This document shows positions 48,305 to 56,790 of a stretch of DNA of 64,000 nucleotides, piece after piece. The notes beneath the pieces are model-generated. The model saw only the letters and a program-made list of their open reading frames with translations, did not search any database and had not been told where the DNA came from. Numbering within the stretch: position 1 is the first letter of the stretch; each line of letters starts with the position of its first letter. The position numbers were made by a program, and so were the translations under genes. The stretch comes from an uncultured Clostridia bacterium (GTDB lineage Bacteria > Bacillota > Clostridia > Christensenellales > CAMQZB01): positions 11,407 through 75,406 of the forward strand of contig CAYOSU010000005.1 of NCBI GenBank assembly GCA_964406735.1, given 5' to 3'.

Positions 48305-48586
48305 ACCTAATAAAAGGCTATGACGAAGACGGATACCGCAAAGCGTTTTACAGAGAGTCGGGGACGATGAGATCCCGATAAACAACGGCGGAACATCCCA
48401 TCACTTCCGAGCCGAGTCTCTCAAAAGCTTTTTGGTTAGTAGAGGACTCCGTGCAGGCTACGTTAGTGCATAGGGCTTGTCAGAGCCTGAAAGTGGCATA
48501 GGTTTATCCTAAGCAAATTGAGTGGTACCGCGGGTAATTTTGTATATAAAGCTCGTCTCAAGAAGAATTGAGACGGGCTTTTTTTA
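48305..48586 (+). promoter_or_regulatory. T-box riboswitch leader (candidate Ile specifier) controlling brnQ
   Basis: AGAGAG box and T-box sequence AAAUUGAGUGGUACCGCGGG (about 48516-48534). Terminator AGCTCGTCTCA...TGAGACGGGCT (48550-48579) plus a T-run. Candidate specifier AUC followed by A at 48400-48403. Confidence 0.8.
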
Positions 48587-48616
48587 TATCCATTAAAACA
48601 ACAGGAGAAAATTCCA

Positions 48617-49957
48617 ATGAAATTGAACAAGAAAAACATGGTGCTGATAAGTTTTATGCTCTTTTCTCTATTTTTTGGAGCAGGAAATCTTATATTCCCT
48701 CCCTTTTTGGGACAAAGTGCAGGCAAGAATACGATTCCTGCGACGATAGGTTTTCTTATTACCGCCGTTATTCTCCCCGTTTTAGGCGTTATAGTCGTTT
48801 CTCGCTTTGACGGACTTGACAAATTAAGCCAAAAGGTCGGTACAAAATTCGGCTTGGTTTTTACTGTTCTTATCTACCTCTCGATAGGTCCCGGTCTCGG
48901 TATTCCGAGAGCGGCATCCGTTCCGTTTGAAATGGCGTTTGCACCGTATCTTCCCGAAAACGCTAATTCGTCTTTGTGGATGGCAGTATATTCCCTCATA
49001 TTCTTTGCCGTTGCATTATGGCTATGCCTAACTCCAAGCAAGCTAGTTAGTAGGATCGGTAATTTCTTAACGCCTACACTTTTAATTCTTCTCGTCGTCT
49101 TGTTTGTGGGATTTCTTGTTAAAGGGGAAGTCAACGTCGTTCCACCGCAGAACGAATACGACGACTCGCCTTTCTTGAAAGGCTTTACGGAAGGCTACAA
49201 CACCATGGACGCAATAGCAGCATTGAACTTCGGATTGGTCATATCTACGACATTAGGATCATTCGGGCTTTCCGATAAAAAAGACGTCGTCCGACATACC
49301 GTTCTTGCAGGTATTTTTGCCGGTATGATATTAACTCTCGTTTACGTTATGCTGATTTTTATGGGCATGTGTTCGTCGGGCGTTTATACACTTCCCGAAA
49401 ACGGCGCACAGACTCTCAGAGCAATAGTTTATCAAGTGTTCGGCGTTCCCGGTGCAGTTTTATTGGCGGCAATATTTACACTTGCATGCCTCACTACCTG
49501 CGTTGGGCTCATTAACTCTATATCGCAGTATTTCTCTACGCTATTTAGCAAGCTATCATACCGAAAATGGGTAGTTGTTATCACGGTTTTTTCTTTCTTA
49601 GTCTGCAATCTCGGACTTAATACAATTCTTAGCATATCAGTCCCTGTTCTAAATGCAATCTACCCTATTTCGATAGTCTTAATTCTACTAGGGCTTACTA
49701 ATAAGCTTTGGGGAAATAACCGCTACGTCTACCCCTGCACCGTTATAGGAACTGCAGTGGTAAGCATTATATACGCAATGGATTCGGCAGGACTTCCTAA
49801 ACTTCTTGCGACCTATTTACCACTTTATTCCGAGGGCTACGGATGGATATTGATCGCCATAGCAATGATCTTCGTCGGGGGCATATTGCATATTGTAAAC
49901 AGAAAAAAGCCTCACAATACACCAACCATAAAAGACTTGGAAAATGAAAAAGAATAA
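48617..49957 (+). CDS. brnQ: branched-chain amino acid transport system II carrier protein
   Basis: A 446-aa protein with about 12 TM segments. The N-terminus FMLFSLFFGAGNLIFPPFLGQSAG is typical of BrnQ/LIVCS. Confidence 0.9.
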   Translation: MKLNKKNMVLISFMLFSLFFGAGNLIFPPFLGQSAGKNTIPATIGFLITAVILPVLGVIVVSRFDGLDKLSQKVGTKFGLVFTVLIYLSIGPGLGIPRAASVPFEMAFAPYLPENANSSLWMAVYSLIFFAVALWLCLTPSKLVSRIGNFLTPTLLILLVVLFVGFLVKGEVNVVPPQNEYDDSPFLKGFTEGYNTMDAIAALNFGLVISTTLGSFGLSDKKDVVRHTVLAGIFAGMILTLVYVMLIFMGMCSSGVYTLPENGAQTLRAIVYQVFGVPGAVLLAAIFTLACLTTCVGLINSISQYFSTLFSKLSYRKWVVVITVFSFLVCNLGLNTILSISVPVLNAIYPISIVLILLGLTNKLWGNNRYVYPCTVIGTAVVSIIYAMDSAGLPKLLATYLPLYSEGYGWILIAIAMIFVGGILHIVNRKKPHNTPTIKDLENEKE

Positions 49958-49965
49958 AGTAAATA

Positions 49966-49997
49966 AAAAAAAACAGGCCGTATAAGGTCTGTTTTTT
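49966..49997. terminator. terminator between the convergent brnQ and der genes
   Basis: AAAAACAGGCC-gtata-AGGTCTGTTTTT, an imperfect stem flanked by an A-run and a T-run. Confidence 0.6.
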
Positions 49998-50026
49998 CAG
50001 TGTTCTAATTGGTTTTTAACTATTTT

Positions 50027-51337
50027 TTAGTCGTCGTTCTTATTAGAGAATACGAGTTTTATCGGAGTTCCCGAGAAGTCAAAGGCTTTGCGGAGTTGAT
50101 TTTCGAGGTAACGCCTATAAGAGAAATGCACTAATTCGCTATCGTTTACAGAGAAGACAATAACGGGCGGATTGGTTGCCGTTGACGTAACGAAGTATAT
50201 CTTGAGGCGTCTGCCTTTATACGAAGGGGGTTCGTTGACGGCGAAAGCATCCTGAATAATATCGTTGAGAACGCCTGTTGAGGGACGGAATGATGCGTGA
50301 GAGTAGACTTCGTTTACGAGCGTCATAATTTTTTCTACTCTCTGACCGGTCTTTGCCGAGATATATACGGGAACGAAGTAGTCCATAAACGCCAAGGACG
50401 TATGGAGATTGTCGTTATATTTATTGACCGTGTTGGTGTCCTTTTCTATCGTATCCCACTTATTCATGACTACGACTGAGGGCTTGCCCATTCTGTGAAC
50501 GTAGCCTGCGATCCTGACGTCCTGTTCGGATATCTCCTCGGAAGCGTCCATGACGATGAGTACGACGTCGGCTTTCCTTATCGCCGCCATAGCACGGAGT
50601 ACGGAGTAGTGCTCTACGTCGTCGTCGATACTGCGCTTTCTTCTTATGCCTGCGGTGTCGATTATCGAATACTTCTGTCCGTTGTACTCAAACTTGGTGT
50701 CTATCGCATCACGGGTCGTTCCCGAAACGTTGGAAACTATGCTCCTGTCGTAGCCGAGCAGTTTGTTCGTAAGGCTGGATTTACCGACGTTGGGCTTGCC
50801 GACGATGGCTATCTTTATTCTGTCGGGCTCTTCCTCTACCTCGACGGTCTCTAAGTACGAAACAGCCTCGTCGAGTACGTCGCCCGTACCCTGTCCCTGC
50901 TCTGCGGTCATCGCTATCGGGTCGCCAAGACCCAAGGAGTAAAACTCGAATACCTTGGACTCGTCGTAATTGTCAATCTTGTTTACGGCAAGGACGATCG
51001 GCTTTTTGCTCTTTCTGAGAAGAGCTGCTACTTCGTAATCGTCGTGAAGAAGCCCTTGCTTGCCGTCTACCATGAATATGATGACGTCGGCAAGGTCTAC
51101 TGCCGTCATCGCCTGTTCTTTTATGTGCACGAACATCTCGTCGGTGGACTTTACTTCAAGTCCGCCCGTGTCAGCCAAGGTGAACTTCTTGCCACCCCAC
51201 TCTGCGTCGCAATACACCCTATCACGCGTAACTCCCGGGCGGTCGTCTACTATAGACAGTCTTTCGCCCGCTACGCGGTTAAAAAAGGTGGATTTTCCTA
51301 CGTTTGGTCTTCCTACTATAGCTATCGTCGGTTTCAT
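50027..51337 (-). CDS. der: ribosome biogenesis GTPase Der (EngA)
   Basis: Two G domains (GRPNVGKST and GKPNVGKSS; DTGG and DTAG; NKID and NKWD) plus a KH-like C-terminus. Confidence 0.95.
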   Translation of the reverse strand: MKPTIAIVGRPNVGKSTFFNRVAGERLSIVDDRPGVTRDRVYCDAEWGGKKFTLADTGGLEVKSTDEMFVHIKEQAMTAVDLADVIIFMVDGKQGLLHDDYEVAALLRKSKKPIVLAVNKIDNYDESKVFEFYSLGLGDPIAMTAEQGQGTGDVLDEAVSYLETVEVEEEPDRIKIAIVGKPNVGKSSLTNKLLGYDRSIVSNVSGTTRDAIDTKFEYNGQKYSIIDTAGIRRKRSIDDDVEHYSVLRAMAAIRKADVVLIVMDASEEISEQDVRIAGYVHRMGKPSVVVMNKWDTIEKDTNTVNKYNDNLHTSLAFMDYFVPVYISAKTGQRVEKIMTLVNEVYSHASFRPSTGVLNDIIQDAFAVNEPPSYKGRRLKIYFVTSTATNPPVIVFSVNDSELVHFSYRRYLENQLRKAFDFSGTPIKLVFSNKNDD

Positions 51338-51367
51338 ATAATAACCTCTAAATCGTCTTATTTTTGC

Positions 51368-52630
51368 CTATAAAAGCTTGTACAGGTCGCCGCCGCTTCT
51401 TGGCGATACCACTACCTCGCAGCCGACCTTTTCGGCAAACTCGCTTAGCGTCGTTCCGTCCAAAAAGACGTCGCCGAATTCTTTTAATATATTGGACGGC
51501 AATATTATCCGCTTGTACTTTTTATCGTCCATCTGCGCTATTATATCGGTCGGTGTAAGCAGTCCTGCGACCGTTACCGAACGACCGAAAAAGTCGTTTT
51601 TGACGCACAATATCTCGTGCGGACAATTTACGCTCTCGATAAGTTTTTTGAGCGTCGGATAAAAGGATACGCCCGTTACGAGCAACGTTTTTTTCTTCGA
51701 GAACGCTTTTTTCGGCGTTATCTCTTCGTTGAACTCCTCTATGAACTTGCGAACTAAGCCTACGCCGTTTTCGATCTGGTCGTATGCGCCGTAAAAATCA
51801 GCGGTCGGAACTTCTCTTCCCGCCAAGCAATAAAACTCGTCGGAAAGGTATACGAAGGGCTCGCCGTGCTTTGAAAAAAAGTACTTCGCGCAAGGCTCGA
51901 CCTCGTCTATCACCTTTGACGCACTTTCTTTATCGAAAAGCTTGAGGTCATACAACCCCTCACGGTGTCTCGTCGTGCCGACGGGAACTATCGCCAAGGT
52001 CTTTACCATCGGGTACAAAGAATACAGGTCTGCGATCGTCTTGTGAAGGATATCTCCGTCGTTGAGACCTTTGCAAAGGACCACCTGCGTGTGGACCTCT
52101 ATGCCGCCTGCGGTGAGCTTTTTCAGCTGAGACATAAGTTTCCCTGCGAAGCGATTATGCAACAGCTCGCAACGTACTTTCTCGTCGGTGGCGTGAACGG
52201 AAACGTATAACGGAGACAAATGAAGCGCAATTATGCGGTCTATCTCCGCATCGGAGTCGTTTGTGAGCGTTACGTAGCTCCCCGATATAAAGGACAGCCT
52301 GTAATCGTCGTCCTTTACGTACAGCGTGTCTCGAAGCCCTTTTGGCATCTGATCTACGAAGCAGAATACGCACTTATTCTGGCAGGTGCGTATCTTCAGT
52401 TCTTCCTCGAACGTCAAGCCTATATCCTCGTCAAGCTCACGCTCGACATCTAACGTGTAGGTCTCGCCGTTTGAAAGTACATCTAAAGTAAACTCAGTTT
52501 CTCCCTCTAAGTACAGATAATCGAGTATGTCCTCTACGTCTTTGCCGTTTATCGTCGAAAGTACATCGCCTGCTTCTATGCCAAGCTCCTCGGCTATTGA
52601 GTTTTTTTCAACGCTTTTTACCGTGAGCAT
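51368..52630 (-). CDS. DUF512-domain protein with an N-terminal PDZ-like domain (radical-SAM-related family)
   Basis: PDZ-like IAEELGIEAGDVLSTINGK and a Cys cluster CQNKCVFCF. It takes the conserved position upstream of der. Confidence 0.75.
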   Translation of the reverse strand: MLTVKSVEKNSIAEELGIEAGDVLSTINGKDVEDILDYLYLEGETEFTLDVLSNGETYTLDVERELDEDIGLTFEEELKIRTCQNKCVFCFVDQMPKGLRDTLYVKDDDYRLSFISGSYVTLTNDSDAEIDRIIALHLSPLYVSVHATDEKVRCELLHNRFAGKLMSQLKKLTAGGIEVHTQVVLCKGLNDGDILHKTIADLYSLYPMVKTLAIVPVGTTRHREGLYDLKLFDKESASKVIDEVEPCAKYFFSKHGEPFVYLSDEFYCLAGREVPTADFYGAYDQIENGVGLVRKFIEEFNEEITPKKAFSKKKTLLVTGVSFYPTLKKLIESVNCPHEILCVKNDFFGRSVTVAGLLTPTDIIAQMDDKKYKRIILPSNILKEFGDVFLDGTTLSEFAEKVGCEVVVSPRSGGDLYKLL

Positions 52631-53089
52631 TTATTTTTTCTCTTTGAGCATCTTTTCAAGCTCTTTCATGAACGAAGATATGTCCTTGAACTCGCGGTAA
52701 ACGGACGCAAAACGCACGTACGCAACCTCGTTGAGGTTTTTGAGCTCGTCCATTACGAGCTCGCCGATCTGCTCGGACGTTATTTCCGATTCGAGATTGT
52801 TGGATATCTTTTTCTTGATGTGGCTGACTACTCCGTCGATGTCGGACATCGATACGGGGCACTTCTCGCAGGACTTAACTATACCCATTTTGAGCTTCGC
52901 CTGATCGAACTGTTCACGTCTGCCGTCTCGCTTTATGACCAAAACAGGCGCAGTCTCTACGCTCTCGTACGTCGTGAAGCGTCTGCCGCAGGAAATGCAC
53001 TCGCGGCGACGGCGTATACTCGTTCCGTCCTCTGACGGGCGAGAGTCTATTACCTTTGTGTCATCATATCCGCAAAAACAACATTTCAT
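52631..53089 (-). CDS. nrdR: transcriptional repressor NrdR
   Basis: Zinc ribbon MKCCFCG...CISCGRRFTT followed by an ATP-cone; 152 aa. Confidence 0.95.
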   Translation of the reverse strand: MKCCFCGYDDTKVIDSRPSEDGTSIRRRRECISCGRRFTTYESVETAPVLVIKRDGRREQFDQAKLKMGIVKSCEKCPVSMSDIDGVVSHIKKKISNNLESEITSEQIGELVMDELKNLNEVAYVRFASVYREFKDISSFMKELEKMLKEKK

Positions 53090-53304
53090 AGTATTTCTCC
53101 TTTAAGAAAAAGAACTCGTTACTATGTAATTTTACAATAAATATGACTAAAACGCAACCCATTTTGTAGTATTTGGCTCGTTTCCTACAATATTTTGTGG
53201 TAGGACTACGGTTTGTGGGATATTTTTAGTAGATTTAATATACGAACAAAGCGTTTTGCATAAATAAGTCAAAAAGTTACGATAATAATACGAAGAGGTA
53301 GGTT

Positions 53305-53919
53305 ATGATAATTTTGAAAATTGCGGCGGTTGCGTATTTTATCGCAATAAACGCTTACGGCGCGATGCTTTTATTTATGCAACGCAAGGAGCGTGAAGCG
53401 GTAAGTTGCGATAGTACAAGCGAAAACGGTGCACGTAATCAAAAATGCCGAAATGACGTCGAAAACGAGAATATCGGCGACGTTGCAAACGGCTTTGATA
53501 AATCACAAGAACGTGATGAAAAATGCGATGATAAGGCTGTGAGTGCCTTAGATATGCCGCATAAAAGCGATAGCGGTGAAGCGACGAACGAAAATTGCGA
53601 AAGTGTGATATATCTTTCGGGAAAGTGCGTTAAAAGCGGCAAATACGACGATACTGCAACGAAAAACGCAGTCGCAAATAAAGACTCGAAAGCAAAAAAA
53701 GAAAGCAAAAATGCGGCGTTTTCATCCGTCAAAGAGGTATCGGATATGCAGCTTTTTCTTACAGCGTTAGCAGGCGGTTCGCTTGGACTGTTCATAACGC
53801 TTATCGTGCTGAGATACCGACTCAAAAACATGCCGCTCGTCGTAGGGCTTCCCGTACTTTCCGCCGTATATCTTGCAGTCGTAGTTATATTCGCTTTCGG
53901 CATAAGCCTTGTCCAATAA
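53305..53919 (+). CDS. DUF1294-like membrane protein with a long hydrophilic insertion
   Basis: The N-terminal TM (IAAVAYFIAINAYGAMLLFMQRKE) and C-terminal TMs (LFLTALAGGSLGLFITLIVLRYRLKN...) fit the DUF1294 ends. They are separated by about 110 aa rich in Asp, Glu, Lys, Asn and Cys. Confidence 0.5.
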   Translation: MIILKIAAVAYFIAINAYGAMLLFMQRKEREAVSCDSTSENGARNQKCRNDVENENIGDVANGFDKSQERDEKCDDKAVSALDMPHKSDSGEATNENCESVIYLSGKCVKSGKYDDTATKNAVANKDSKAKKESKNAAFSSVKEVSDMQLFLTALAGGSLGLFITLIVLRYRLKNMPLVVGLPVLSAVYLAVVVIFAFGISLVQ

Positions 53920-53926
53920 AACGTAC

Positions 53927-53958
53927 AGAACGAGCGAAAATTTCGCCCGTTCTCTTTT
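53927..53958. terminator. terminator between the convergent DUF1294 and ylmC genes
   Basis: AGAACGAGCGAAA / TTTCGCCCGTTCT stem with one mismatch, followed by CTTTTATTT. Confidence 0.6.
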
Positions 53959-54250
53959 ATTTCGGCCTGTCGCCGTCGTCCTCTATTTTCCCCTGCAAAG
54001 CCTCGGTCTTGACCTCTTGACAGACCTCGACGAGTATTACGTCGCTACCGATGCGCTTTATGTTTTTCCATGGGATATATAAGTCGTCGGAGGATTTGAA
54101 AAGCGAAAAGCCTTTGTTCCCGGGAACGACTATACCTCGGATTCCGCCTATTACGGTATCGATGATGAGATCGACCGTTTTCCCAAGCTTTTTGCCGTCG
54201 GATACGTTGACGACGTCCTTTGATCTGAGATCTGAATATTCTACGTTCAT
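53957..54250 (-). CDS. YlmC/YmxH-family PRC-barrel sporulation protein
   Basis: 97 aa. SDLRSKDVVNVSDGKKLGKTVDLIID...GIVVPG is the typical YlmC/YmxH pattern. Confidence 0.8.
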   Translation of the reverse strand: MNVEYSDLRSKDVVNVSDGKKLGKTVDLIIDTVIGGIRGIVVPGNKGFSLFKSSDDLYIPWKNIKRIGSDVILVEVCQEVKTEALQGKIEDDGDRPK

Positions 54251-54299
54251 GACATACCTTTTTTATCAATGATATGCCGTTTGCGCTTTTTGTGTTACT

Positions 54300-55076
54300 T
54301 TATGAGTTTATGTCCTCTCTTATTCGCTTTAAGGCGCATTTTTCAAGGCGTGAGACCTGCGCTTGCGAAATACCTACCGCACGAGATACTTCCATTTGCG
54401 TTTTTCCGACAAAGTAGCGAAGGTACAGTATCTCTCTTTCTTTTTCTTCGAGAGCATTCAAGCAATCTGAAAGAGCGACCTCGTTCGTCCACTTTTCCGT
54501 CGATACGGTCTTATCGGAAAGCTGGTCCATCAACAGCAGTTCATCTCCGTTTTTGTTGTATACGGGATCGAAAATGGAGACGGGATCTGCTATTGCGTCG
54601 AGCGCATAGGCTATCTTTTCTACGGGAAGCTCACAGAGCGTGGCAATATCCTCAACTGTGCATTCCTTTGAGTTGACCCTTTCAAAGCGTTCCTTTGCGC
54701 ACAACGCCTTATACGCTACGTCTCGAATAGACCTCGTTACCTTGACGGAGGTTGAATCACGAAGAAAACGCCTTATCTCACCCGTTATCATAGGAACTGC
54801 GTAGGTAGAAAAGCGAACGTTGAGCGTTACGTCGAAGTTGTCTATTGCCTTTATTAAGCCGACGCACCCAACCTGAAAGAGGTCGTCAACGCTTAAATTC
54901 GCCTTATTAAAGCGCTGTATGACACTGAGTACAAGTCTCATATTGCCGACGATAAAAGCATCTCTTGCGCCCTTTTCACCCTTTTTTAGCCTTATCATAA
55001 GCTCGTCCGTCTCCCTCGCCGATAATTTCGGAAGACTTGACGTATCTAATCCGCATATCTCTACTCTCGCTCTCAA
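54300..55076 (-). CDS. sigG: sporulation sigma factor SigG
   Basis: VEICGLDTSSLPKL, LVLSVIQRFN, DDLFQVGCVGLIKAIDNFD and ISQAQVSRLEK closely parallel B. subtilis SigG. The TTG at 55076 (GAGGG Shine-Dalgarno) is preferred; the ORF-track TTG at 55106 is possible. Confidence 0.9.
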   Translation of the reverse strand: MRARVEICGLDTSSLPKLSARETDELMIRLKKGEKGARDAFIVGNMRLVLSVIQRFNKANLSVDDLFQVGCVGLIKAIDNFDVTLNVRFSTYAVPMITGEIRRFLRDSTSVKVTRSIRDVAYKALCAKERFERVNSKECTVEDIATLCELPVEKIAYALDAIADPVSIFDPVYNKNGDELLLMDQLSDKTVSTEKWTNEVALSDCLNALEEKEREILYLRYFVGKTQMEVSRAVGISQAQVSRLEKCALKRIREDINS

Positions 55077-55158
55077 TATCCTACCCTCGTTTGTATTTTG
55101 CGCCAAAACGCCTTAATATTGTGCCAAAACGAGGGCGTAATTATACTTAGACCGCTTT

Positions 55159-55863
55159 CTATGCGAGCTTATCGAGTTCCTTTTTTAACTTGAAAAGTAT
55201 CTTCTTTTCAAGGCGTGAAATATAGCTTTGAGATATTCCCAAGGTATCTGCGACCTCTTTTTGGGTCATTTCCTTTATTCCGAAAAGCCCGAAGCGCATC
55301 TTCATGATATACTTTTCCTTTTGCGACAGCTTTTCATAGGCATCGTACAATAGCTTTGTTTCCGTCTGCGCTTCTATATTATCGTACACTTCCTCGGGAG
55401 AAGTGCCTAAAACGTCGGACAACAGCAGTTCGTTGCCCTCGCTATCCGTGTTCAGCGGTTCTTCAAGCGACAGCTCGGCTTTTTTCCTTACGGCTTTTCT
55501 CAGGTGCATAAGTATCTCGTTCTCTATGCACCTCGACGCATAAGTTGCGAGCTTTATGTTTTTATCGGGGTCGAATGAATTTACTGCCTTTATTAACCCT
55601 ATGCAACCGACCGATACGAGATCTTCGGTATCGCAACCCGTATTTTCAAACTTTTTTGCTATATACACGACAAGCCTTAAATTGTGTTCTATGAGAACGG
55701 ATTTATATTTTTCATCGCCCTTTTTTATCATTTCAAGCGCCGCACTCTCCTCTTCCTTTGAAAGTGGAGTCGGCAGTGCGCCGTTGCCGCATATGTAATA
55801 AAGTGCGTTTTTCCCTAAAAGCCGTTTTATTATAAGTCGTATCTTTGAAAAAAATCTATTCAT
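55159..55863 (-). CDS. sigE: sporulation sigma factor SigE (pro-sigma-E)
   Basis: YYICGNGALPTPLSKEEE pro-sequence junction, ERNLRLVVYIAKKFENTG and ISQSYISRLEKKI. The ATG at 55863 with AAGGAGAC removes the apparent overlap with spoIIGA. Confidence 0.9.
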   Translation of the reverse strand: MNRFFSKIRLIIKRLLGKNALYYICGNGALPTPLSKEEESAALEMIKKGDEKYKSVLIEHNLRLVVYIAKKFENTGCDTEDLVSVGCIGLIKAVNSFDPDKNIKLATYASRCIENEILMHLRKAVRKKAELSLEEPLNTDSEGNELLLSDVLGTSPEEVYDNIEAQTETKLLYDAYEKLSQKEKYIMKMRFGLFGIKEMTQKEVADTLGISQSYISRLEKKILFKLKKELDKLA

Positions 55864-55877
55864 GTAAGTCTCCTTTA

Positions 55878-56690
55878 TTACTTGATAAGTTCGGGTGATA
55901 TAAGCGCGTCGAACTCCTCCGAAAAGCCTGATATTGCGATACAAGCCGTCATATCGGTATATTTATACGTCTTGTCTTCGTAGTTGATCACAAGCCTTTT
56001 CAGCTTTATCTCTTTGAGTGAGAAATCGCTGCCTGCGGTCTTTACCGAAAAGTCTTTGAGCCGTTCAAACGACGGATATTCAAGGCTTGACGCTATGGCA
56101 AAATAATTGATAACAGGTATCGAGCGGGAGCTTTTATCGTCATAGATCATATTCCCGCTATCGATAAAGGCTTTTAGCTCCACCGTTTTGCCGTTATCAA
56201 GCATAACTAAAACGTCGCACACAAAGCGTTGGATCATATTGCGCCGCCTGATCCTCCCTACGGAAAACGCAGTCAACGCAAGAAGGGAAAACGCAGACAG
56301 AAACAGCGTTAATATCGGGTGGTCGTCGTAGATATAGAAGGCGTTTATTCCTTTTATCGGCAAGGCTTCTTTGAGCAAGAGTCCTAAGCCGAAAAGTCCT
56401 CCAACGACTGAAAAAGAGACCAATATTAGCGTCATTAAGCACTTAAAAAGCTTGTTTTTCGGTATCTTTAACGGTAAAAGCAAAATTAAGCCTTCACACA
56501 GTTTGACTATTAGCGTAAAGCCGAAAAAGTATTCTTTTATCGGTACAAGTGAAAGCAAGCCGCCTAAACAAGCTGACAGAGCAAGCCGTGAATAGCAGGT
56601 CTTTACGCCACAAAGCCTTAGCGCACAAAACAGCATCGCGTAATCGAGCGCAAAATTGGTTATTAAGACGTCCTCTACGTATATCTCCAC
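55878..56690 (-). CDS. spoIIGA: sigma-E processing peptidase SpoIIGA
   Basis: The N-terminus (GTG) EIYVEDVLITNF parallels B. subtilis MKIYLDVIWLLNF. Five TMs and the aspartic protease motif FIDSGN. Confidence 0.85.
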   Translation of the reverse strand: MEIYVEDVLITNFALDYAMLFCALRLCGVKTCYSRLALSACLGGLLSLVPIKEYFFGFTLIVKLCEGLILLLPLKIPKNKLFKCLMTLILVSFSVVGGLFGLGLLLKEALPIKGINAFYIYDDHPILTLFLSAFSLLALTAFSVGRIRRRNMIQRFVCDVLVMLDNGKTVELKAFIDSGNMIYDDKSSRSIPVINYFAIASSLEYPSFERLKDFSVKTAGSDFSLKEIKLKRLVINYEDKTYKYTDMTACIAISGFSEEFDALISPELIK

Positions 56691-56736
56691 ACTTAGATTA
56701 TAGAAAAAAGCCCACTGTTTTGCGTGAGCTTTATGT

Positions 56737-56775
56737 CGAAAAGAAAAAGTCCTCTCGCAAAAAGCGAAAGGACTT
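56737..56775 (-). terminator. intrinsic terminator after ftsZ
   Basis: On the minus strand, AAAGTCCTTTCGC...GCGAGAGGACTTT is followed by TTCTTTTC. Confidence 0.55.
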
Positions 56776-56790
56776 TTGAAAACTTTCTAA

